From the human T2T-CHM13v2.0 reference genome, Homo sapiens: a stretch of DNA of 64,000 nt. Shown here piece by piece: positions 54,100 through 64,000 of the stretch. The notes under the pieces were generated by a model that saw only the letters and a list, made by a program, of their open reading frames with translations, was not told where the DNA came from and searched no databases. The stretch lies in NCBI RefSeq assembly GCF_009914755.1, contig NC_060926.1. One strand, given 5' to 3'. The first letter of the stretch is position 1, and the number at the start of each line of letters is the position of its first letter. The translations under genes were made by a program, and so were the position numbers.

Positions 54100-54275
54100 C
54101 TTATAGAGTTTGAGAATTGTTTTAATACATTCATGTACAAACTTGGTCTGCTTCTGAAGACTTCCACCATACAAAGCCACCAGTTCTTCATTGAAGTTCA
54201 CACTAAAGAAGTCAAAGTGGTACTTGAAGTCAATGTCCTCTGCTTTTCTAAGTGCAATGGAGCCAATAGAACGAA
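54100..54275 (-). CDS. PGAP1: PGAP1 exon 3 (176 nt): [59 protein letters not shown]
   Basis: ctgcag acceptor, gtgag donor; inside ORF 54073..54330; phase 1 start matches exon 2. Confidence 0.95.
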
Positions 54276-54989
54276 CTGCAGAGGAAAAGAGTGAAGTGCA
54301 CATTAAACAATATTTACAGGTTTCATCCATTCTTTCTTCAGAATTTCTTAGTAAATAACCTTATCCTGCATCACGAATATAAACCACCTATTTCAGGATG
54401 AAATTCATTAATAGCACCAATTTAGAACAAACTAATCTAGCAACTGTATGCCTTGAATGCAGTAAGTGTGTCATAAATATTTTTAAAATTAAATAAACAA
54501 AAAGCAAACAGATCACTCACTCTCTACCTTCTTTTCCTTTGGTAGGAGCAACAATAGCTAAAAGGGCAGGATTCTTTGAAGAATAAGACATATAAATTTT
54601 GCCACACTTATTGAGGTTTTTAAGAATGACAAGGTTCCTACAAGAAATATCCATTCATCACTTGGTTTAGATACTCACGCTTGATTTGTCTTTTTCTCCT
54701 ACACAGGACATCCAATCCATCAGTAAGCGCTTTCATAATGTACCTTCCAAATCTATCCCCAGTTGAAATTTCTCACCATTCCCACCACTATTGTCCTAAT
54801 CCAAACACTATTATCTCTTATCTGAACTACTCTAACAGGTTCTTTACTGGTCTCTCTGCTTCCACTCTTTTTGTTCTTGTTGTTGTTTTGCAAATCTTTT
54901 TAAAAAATATATTATAAATTGCTTATATTAGGTGGCACAAAAATTGTAGCATATGGTTTAGCAAACAAAATACCTGTTTGCCATTTCAT

Positions 54990-56560
54990 TTTGTAAAAAC
55001 ATATACTATAGATACATTATAATCCACATATTATACAACTCACTATATAAAACTGTAAAATTCGATGGTTTTTAGTATATTCACCATCTCTGGTATATAT
55101 TTTACAACCATCTCTGAAATCTAACATAAGATATTTTTTAATCGTTTCAAAAACAAAACTCTGTGCCTACTGGCAGTCACTCCCCATTTCTTCACTCCTC
55201 CCAAATCCTAGGCCTAGCAACCACTGATCTACTTTCTGTCTCTACGGGTTTGCCTATTTTGGATATCTCATATAATACGTGGCCTTTTGGAACTGGCTTC
55301 TTTCACATAGCATGTTTTCAAGGTTCACCCATGTTGTGACATGTATCAGTACTTCATTCCTCTTTTTTATTGAATAATATTCCATTATATGAATATGTCA
55401 TATTTGATTCATCTATTTATCAGCTGATGGTCATTTAAATTATTTCCACCTTTTGGTTATTATATGCTGCTATGAACATTTATATACAAGTTTTTGTGTG
55501 GGTATATGTTTATTTTTCTTGGGTAGATACCTAGGAGTGGAATTTTTGGGCCACATGAGAGCTCTATGTTCAATATTCTGAGGAACTCCCAAACAGTTTT
55601 CCAAAGTGGCTGCACATTTTACATTTCCACCAACAATGTATGAGGGTTCCAATTTCTCCACATCTTCACCAACACTTGTTGTTATCCATCTTTCTTATTA
55701 TAACTATCCTAGGAGGTATGAAGTGCTATCTCATTTTTTATTTATAGTTCTCTGATGACTTATGATGTTTTAGCATCTTTCCTGCTTCCATTCTTGCCCT
55801 TCAAAGGAAATTCTCTTCATAGTGAAGCCAGAGCAACTTTTTTTAAAAGTAAATCACACCTACCAGGTTGCTTAAAAATTTAATGTCTGACAATTCTGGT
55901 GTTGTAAAAGGATGTGGAGCAAAGGAAGGTAAAATATACTGCTTTTAGGAATATAAATTAGCACAATCAGTAAAGATTAAAAAGATACACATAACCTGTA
56001 ACATGGAATTACACTCTTGGGTATCTAGCTTACAGAAGCACAGGTTTATGTGCTCCAGGAAACATATGGAATAATATTCATTATTTGTAATTGCCAATAA
56101 ATGTAAACATTTATTCTGTCCAAAGACAGAATGGACAAACCATGGTATAGTCATACTACAGAATAATACAGAGTAAGGAAAATGAATGAATCACAGCTCA
56201 CACAACAACTTGGATGAATGTTAAAGATAATGCTGAGTGAAAGAAGCCAGACACAAAATAATACATACTGAATGACTATATTCATATTACAAAATTTAAA
56301 AACAGCCTCATATACATAGATTGCATTAAAACTACAAAGAAAGTTAAGGAAATTACTCTCTTAACATTAGGACTGTGATTCTGTCAAGAAAGAAGGGAAC
56401 AAAGTTTTAATCATGAAGGGGCACAGAAGGGGTTTCCAGGTTACTGGTAATCTACTTCTTGACTAGGGTTTTGGTTTCACGGGTGTTCACTTTATAATAA
56501 TTTGTAACCAAATATCTATGTTCTATGTGTTTCTCTGTATGTAATATTTCAAATACAAAG
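54990..56560. mobile_element. Old L1M fragments (minus about 54990-55790; plus about 55860-56560)
   Basis: CCACTGATCTACTTTCTGTCTCT / TTTTCCAAAGTGGCTG and GCTGAGTGAAAGAAGCCAGACACAAAA motifs. Confidence 0.7.
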
Positions 56561-57678
56561 ATTACTTTTAAAAATCAGGTTATATTTTTCTTACCCAAAG
56601 CTCTCCAACAGTTTCTCATTCAAAGTCTTTTCCACAGCTTATATGATATGGCCCGTGGTTACTTTTCCATTCTTATCTCTTTTTACTTTCTCTAGTCACG
56701 ATAGCCTCCAATGCACAAAACACGTTCCTGCCTCAGGACCTTCCCTCAGTCAAGCATCTCCTCAAATGTCATCTCCTCACAATGGCCTTTCCTGACCACC
56801 TCATCTAAACTAGCCACTTCCTGACCCTTTTATCTTCTACCTCCTGAGTCTGTTTTTGTTTCTAGCTTTTAACATTACTGACATATTTGTTTGATTGCTG
56901 TCTTCCTGATAAGCATATAAATTTGATGAGAGAGGGACTTTGTCTTGATATGCTCTGGATCCCTAATACCTGGAATACAGCCTGGCTCATGGTAGATACC
57001 TGTAGACACGTGCTAGATGAATAAACACGTAAATAATTGCACATGTTGAAACAATTCTAGTCTCATTACATAACAATTCTAGTCCATCAAATAACAAGAA
57101 AGCAGGTTTTAGTTTAAAACGAAATTAATTCCAGGTTATTTGGCTGTTACGCCAGAAATAACTGCTGTATCTCCAAGCCAGCATCAATTTGGAATCTGTA
57201 CACGTAACTTCCCTATCTCACCTTTCTATGTTCCCCCCAGTACTTCCAAATCTCTCTAACTTAAATAACTCCAAAAGAAGAAAACGAATCTCTCTTGTTC
57301 TGCATAACATTAGTCACTGATTTACTTCCCTAATCAATGCTTAAGGTTCTGTTCTCTTTACCCTCCATTTCCAACATAAATGTGTTTCCTCTGCTGATTC
57401 CCCAAGGGGTTCCCCTTTATCATCTACTTATCCCATCCTACTCTATCTTATTCTTTGTACCCCTCTCTTTGCAAAGTGGTCTTCAACTTTTCTAAGTATT
57501 TCTCACATTATTCTCTCTCAGAGAAAATATTATATTTTGGTCTCTCTGTAAGCCCAGCACAGCACTTCACACACAGCATGCATTTCATTTACTTTATTTG
57601 ATTCACCGAGTATGGATATGATTCAAATTCTTGAGTTGAATTTTATAGCTTTCAAAATTTACTTCCAGTAAGACTTAC

Positions 57679-57832
57679 CTTGCTTATAACTTCCAGCATT
57701 ACCAGGAAGAAAGAGAACTGGAATACCCGTCAAAGGGAGAATTTTGTGTTCTTCAGCATAGGATCCCTCTCCATAAAGATACAACTCATATGCGGGATAG
57801 CGTTTTGCCAGTTTCTTTGGAAGTTCTATTTT
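57679..57832 (-). CDS. PGAP1: PGAP1 exon 2 (154 nt): [51 protein letters not shown]
   Basis: tgtag acceptor, gtaag donor; [10 protein letters not shown] motif of PGAP1-like alpha/beta hydrolases. Confidence 0.95.
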
Positions 57833-60244
57833 CTACATTTAAAAAAAAGTAGTTTCACTTTAATCAGTTTTATTAATACAATTCAGCCTCACCATATGCA
57901 ATTCTGAATTACGCAAATTTGAAATAGTGCAATATAAAAATATTACTGATATTAAAACCACACTTCATACACAAAACAAGTTCTACTTGTAGTTTATTCA
58001 TATAGAGAATCAGTCTTGAATTGTGTATATTTTGAACCATGTAGTCTTTAGGAAAACATAAAAGAGGACTACGTGAACTTCTAACCAATACAAATTACTC
58101 AAAATAGCCACTGACAATGGCAGAAAGCACTGGTATATGTCGACAAGTTACATGTTAACATAATTGGATAAGTATCAATTATACTTAGAAATGATAAAGG
58201 CTTTCCATCATCAAATCAATTCTTTTTTTCCATTTTTAACTATTTTGTAATGTCTCTCCTTTTACTCAGACCCAACTATCTATTTCAGTTGTTATATCTT
58301 CAAAAGAAAGTAAGTTGTTTTATAATGCAGCTTTCTGACTTCTCAACTTAATATGCTTTGGCCTACAATATGTGTAACAAATTAATCTTAACCTTATAGC
58401 CATGTCTTGGTCAAGACATGTACACTCTTCTTACCATAAACATTCCAGTGAATTAGTATCTATTTCAGTTTTCATGGGCCAGGTGCATGATTTGCTGGCA
58501 AACTTTAAACTACCCTGCACTTCATATTATTGTATACCAATAATACAGCAGCTCACCTAACTACTGAGTCAGTAGTTCACCTACATTTTTTTCAGCTTAG
58601 TATAAATTATCTCTTAATGTCATCCTCAAAGGTAGACATCTGTGGTAGTAAAGTATACATACACCCTTTTGCTCCTTTTCTTTTTTTATTTTAAAGGAGA
58701 GAAACCATTAAGAGTGAAACCAATTACATTGGACGGTAATGTCTATTTAGGTATACATAGATCTAGCAGTGCTGTACATGTGGCATGTGCTTGATAAAAG
58801 AATTTAACTATGGAGTGAATTTCAAAACCTGTAAATGTTGCTAATGACTAATGAAAACCCTCGTTGTTCTAAAAAAAAAAAAAACACACACACACAAAAC
58901 AACAAAATTCTGATCATTTGTGCACCTTCCTAAATATCCCTTTGTAAACAATTTATGCCAATAACACCACAGAAACATCTGCAGAGACTGTAAGCTTATT
59001 AAGATACTAGCAATCTTAGTTATCTCCCCAAATACTCAAAATACAGAAATACTAACCCCACTATTCGTTTTATATTTGGTATATGTACTTCAATTCAAAT
59101 TAGTCCCAATACTGATTGTGCACAGAATACAATCAAAAATGAAAATGATGTGATAGTTTACTTCTTTAGGTACAAATTAAATAAAAAGAAAACATAAGAG
59201 AACAAAGAAATAGTTTCCTATTTCCTCCCAATTTAGTACACCATTATTCTTTTAGTACAGTAGCTAAACAGAGTTTGGACAAGTCGAAAATTAACTCAGA
59301 AGAACAGGAAACTATCAAATATATCTAAAAAGAAATATTTAATTTTCTTGAGACAGAAAAGCAAGCAAAAAATATTTTATATACTTCATAAAATACTATT
59401 ATGAAAGCAATTTTATAGTGAGAAAGAATATTTTTTAAAATATGAATATATACAGAATTTTTCAAAAAGTATGGAGATGGGCAAATAAGTTAGAACAAAA
59501 AAATAAGAGAGGAGGCAAGAATGGTGGGAGTTGTAGGCAAATGGCAAAACTCCATTTCCAGGCAGAGTTCAAGTTGAAAGGGAATAGCAAAGACCCAGGA
59601 GAGGTAATTGACCACATTGACAGAAAAAGCATAGGCATACAAATAGGATGCTGATAAGAAAACAGAAGACGGTCAAGGGATATAAAAGGAAAATACTTAC
59701 AGGAGCAGGACTCCAATATAAATTTTTTATTCTATGTAGTTTATTTTAAATGAGCAACCCCTCTACCATATTAAGATCAATTACCTTTGTATTTAAATAT
59801 TATCTCCACAATCCTGCCTCTGCTGTCCTCCTTCCTTGACTCTGCCTTAGTTCAGGTTCTTCTCATCTCTACATAAACTCAAAAGGTAAAAATTCTAATA
59901 AACTCCCAGGTAATAGAAAAATGCTGATTTAAGAAACTAAAATATCTATTTTATGATATTACTTAATTGTAAACTTAAACTGAAAAATAAAGTTTTATTT
60001 CCATAACTAACCAAAAAGAAAAAAGATTTTGATCTAGATGAATACACATAGTTTTTAACTTCACATAGTTTTTAAGTTCTCACAAAGAGGTCTCAGTAAG
60101 GCCTTTGCTCACCATCCCCCATAAGAATAGTTATAGGGGCTCCATTAAAAAAAAAAAAAAGGCCTTAAGGACAACTGAATTTTTCAGACTTGTCTCTATC
60201 CTTGCCTTCGTCTCCCTTCTATAATCCATAGTTCATACTGCTAA

Positions 60245-60258
60245 CACACACACACACA

Positions 60259-60292
<34 letters not shown>
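60245..60292. repeat. (CA)n microsatellite, interrupted once
   Basis: ACACACACACACACAGACAC...ACA read directly. Confidence 0.95.
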
Positions 60293-60293
<1 letters not shown>

Positions 60294-60346
60294 CAAAGCT
60301 TAAGAGAGAGACATCCTTTAAAATCTGGCTCTAATTATTCTTACCT

Positions 60347-60666
60347 ACTTTTTTTTTTTTTTTTTTTTTTTTTGAGACAGGGTCCCACTCTTGTTGCTCA
60401 GGCTGCAGTGCAGTGGCACAATCTCAGCTCACTGTAGCTTCGACTTCCCGGGCTCAAGTGATCCTCCTACCTCAGTCTCCTGAGTAGCTGGGACTACAGG
60501 CAGCACATGCCATCACACTTGGCTAATTTTTTGAATTTTTTTTTTAGCAGAGACAGGGTTTCGCCATGTTATCCAGGCTGGTCTTGAACTCCTGGGCTCA
60601 AGTGATCTGCCCGCCTTGGCCTCCCAAAGTGCTAGGATTACAGGTGTGAGCCACCTCATCCCGCCC
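60347..60666 (-). mobile_element. AluJ
   Basis: Poly-T, two arms; TSD CTTACCTAC. Confidence 0.92.
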
Positions 60667-61324
60667 TTACCTACCTTCTTATAACTTACACATGACATGC
60701 TTTAAAATGTATTTTTAATATGTTTTTGAATTCAAGATTCAAAAGGATATACATTGAAAAGGTTCTCTCCTACCCATGGTCCTTCAGCCATCCAGTTGAC
60801 CCTAAAAGGCAACCTGTTATCAGTTTGTGTGTGCTTCTAGAGATATTTTACATATATACAAGCAAATATGTTTATCGATTATTTTTTAGTTTTAACATAA
60901 ATGATAATATATTATAAATACTGTTCATGCAATGTGTCCCAGCGCATTACCACCTTCACATATACTATTTATGCCTGCAATGTTCTTTCAGTACTTCATA
61001 CACCCTCCATGTCCCAGTTCACTTTGCATCTTCTCTAAAGCCTTTGAACACCCAAGACAAACTTGGATGCTCTCCCTTATATGAAAAGCTCTGTACATAC
61101 TCTCTTATTGTGAAATTATAAAACTCAGTACATTATATTGTAACTATACATTACATGCCCATTTCCCCCATTGTATTTATCAAGACATAAAGACACAAGG
61201 TATAATTTAGTTCTAATTCCCTTTCACCTACACCAAGTAGCTAGATATACCTGGCAAAGACTAGTCATTCAATAAATGACTTTCTAAATAAATAACACAC
61301 TTAATAACAAAATATATGACTCAT

Positions 61325-61490
<166 letters not shown>

Positions 61491-63599
61491 CATTTCCTTT
61501 CAGAGAGCAACCGTTAGGTTACACATACGAAGATAGCCAGACAAATCACTGTATGAGAGAAACAACTCAGACGTTTCTTCTAAAATTCTGCAATTTGCCT
61601 AAAACCATTTGCTACCAAATAAAAGTTTTGCCTTGCTGTCGTAATAGGGCAAGAAGCTTTAAAGGATAAAGTATATTTTGCCTAGTAGGCTTGAGATATG
61701 GGTTCGTGAGATGTTCAATTAACTCTGAATAAGTGAATCTGGGAAAACCAGAGGTAGAAGATGAATAGAGATAATCAAACAATTTTAAATTCAAAACTTC
61801 ATTTTTGCAAAGAGTTTCAAATTTATGCCCCATCTTTTAAAAAAATGGATAATAAAACTGAATGTGTTTCAACCACCTTTCTATTTCTGCTGGCTAACTA
61901 AAGAAGATGCAAATGAGCAGTAAAAAAAAAGAAAGGCATCAAAAGAAAGAAGAAAACCCAATGACTAGGACATCTCACATCTGGGTATCAACCTGTGAAC
62001 AATTAGAGAGCTGACTATAAAATATAATTAAAAGTAAGCAATATGTAAAATATCTTTAAAACATTTTTATTCATGAAAGCCATTTGGTTCTCAACAGAAT
62101 GGCCTCATTTATCCAGAAATCTCACTATGTTCAAAATGACTCATTTCTATAGGCTGGTTTTAATTGTATTTGTAAGATAACATGACCTGGTATGCAAAAC
62201 AAAAAGACTTAAGAATACAATATAAATACTATCATGAATTAACACAGCTTTTTACATCATAAAAACCTGCTAAAAATCAAAAACTTCTGCCACTGTGATT
62301 ATTACTGTATTAGCAAATTATTAATAGAAGTGTAAAACCCCAAAAAAGCAACTTAAACCAAAATAACTAAACCTAGACTACTCAACAACAATAAAAACCC
62401 AAAGAGCTCTTTACCATTAGCTACACTAATTTTCTGTTTTTCCAGTCAATTTATGAGGCAGGAAATGCGTCTGTGAGATCCATATGCTTTGTTCCCAACG
62501 CTAAAGAGAACAATTTCTACTTCTGTGAATATTAAAATAGCTTCAATAATTGTAGGAAATCTAAAAATAAATGGGAATTAGTACTGTACTGTCGCAAAAT
62601 GATTTTAACCAAACTCTTCAATGCGGTACAAAACTAAAGTGACCTACTTCAATCTATTGGGAGTTTCCTAATTATTAAACCAAAAATAAGGAGGGAATTA
62701 TAATAGCTCTATTTTCAGTTTTTTAAAATACTAAACTAAAAAGGTTTGCTTAGAAATGAACAGAGACGACAGTAACATGTCAAAATCTCCTTCGATAGCA
62801 TCCCTACCAAATGTTTCCACTCTCTTATCATCATAAATGCAAAACCAAGGTAAGGATCTAAACACAAATGAAATCTAAATTTACTAGAATTTTTCCCATG
62901 GGAAAGAATGCTCTTCAGCAATTTAAACCTTAAGTAGTCTTAAGATCAAAATAATAGCAGCGTAATCAAGTAACAGGCTTCCTCCATAATGACTTGTACA
63001 AAGAAGCAATCAGGACTTGCATCCTTCACCCTAAAAAAAAAACTGCTGTGATTTTAAGAGTATACTAAAAATGTATTTTATCAATATATGTTATAGTGCA
63101 TATACATTTTATGGTAGGGAATTATTACAATAGGTAGTCCATAATTAAGAGATGCACTTAGAAATAAAAGAATCATTCGGAAAAATTCTCTTAGGACAGT
63201 TGTGTAATTTGTCTGCGCCTCTTTTTACAGCTAGTCATGAATGAAATTCTAGATCCTACTATGCCGAACTAACGAAGCCATTGATTGAAAACATTCAAAA
63301 TGGCATGGAAGCGGTAGGGGTGGAGAGAGAAGGGTTGGCTCTCTCTTAAACTCCGAACCCAGCGAGAAAACAAAAATAGCACCATGAAATAGATTTTGTA
63401 TGCAACTATTAAGAGGCTCGGCTGCTGAGAGACATGCATAAACACAGGTATGCACACACACAGGCAAGCCCACACACGCACGGCCCCTTAACCTGCAAAA
63501 TAAGAGGATCTGCAACATCTTTCCAAGAGGGGATCTAGTTTCCAATTCAATGACTCGCCAGTTTACCCATAGGCAAAACCCTGGAGTCTCTAAAAACAG

Positions 63600-64000
63600 C
63601 CTTGGGAACTATCTAGCCAATATACACTCTGCAGACGCTCGGTCCCTTTCTAGAAATGCGAAATCTGACGAGCAGATCACCGGGCGCGAGGGGAATTTAG
63701 GCGCGTGGGAAGCAAAGGAAGGTCCTGGGGCACGGGTTAAGGCAAGAACGCGAGAGGGATGGAGCTTCGGTTTAGGGAGAAGGGTTGAGGCTGCCTCTCT
63801 GGGCATGAGGGGGGCTGGGCCCGGCCAGTCAGAAGAGCTTGTGCCCAGGATTTGGGGCTGGGGAGGAGGCGGAGGGACAGCGGAGTAACTACGAGGACGA
63901 CCACGAGGATGCTCTCGGGAAATCGTCTAACAAACACCCCACCGTGAAGAAGGGACACAAAGGGGAGGTGAGGGGGGCAGAAGGGGGATGCAGAGTCTCC
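63600..64000. promoter_or_regulatory. Edge of the PGAP1 5' CpG island (start of intron 1)
   Basis: Abrupt rise in GC and CpG content in non-repeat sequence, on the 5' side of exon 2. Confidence 0.75.

Noticed and set aside
63550-63958. ORFs in the GC-rich right end
   Set aside because: Expected by chance in CpG-island sequence; no recognisable protein, and PGAP1 exon 1 coding sequence is not within the window.

Overview
This is human (primate) genomic DNA, not microbial: AT-rich, Alu/L1-dense intronic sequence carrying the PGAP1 gene (GPI inositol-deacylase) on the minus strand. I mapped 19 coding exons (exons 2-20 by my numbering, 1714 nt, roughly K50-T620) with GT-AG boundaries and continuous reading phase. 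Exon 1 lies just beyond the right edge, where a CpG island begins, and later exons lie beyond the left edge. The dominant feature is a full-length young LINE-1 (L1HS, Ta-1, 43287-49330) with open ORF1, ORF2 and ORF0 and a perfect 16-bp TSD, inserted antisense in intron 4. Best candidate for an undescribed system (inference): L1 'gene breaking' of PGAP1. The ORF0 splice donor SD1 is phase-compatible with PGAP1 exon 5, predicting an in-frame ORF0-PGAP1 fusion lacking the catalytic Ser. An antisense L1 AATAAA could also end an exon 1-4 transcript that keeps the Ser but lacks the presumed Asp/His. The rest is ordinary interspersed repeat content (about 28 Alu-family copies, older L1s, L2, L3, MIR, LTRs, DNA transposons) plus a few local structural oddities. 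Gene identity, residue numbering and repeat subfamily names come from my recall of known sequences, not from database searches, and old-repeat boundaries are approximate.
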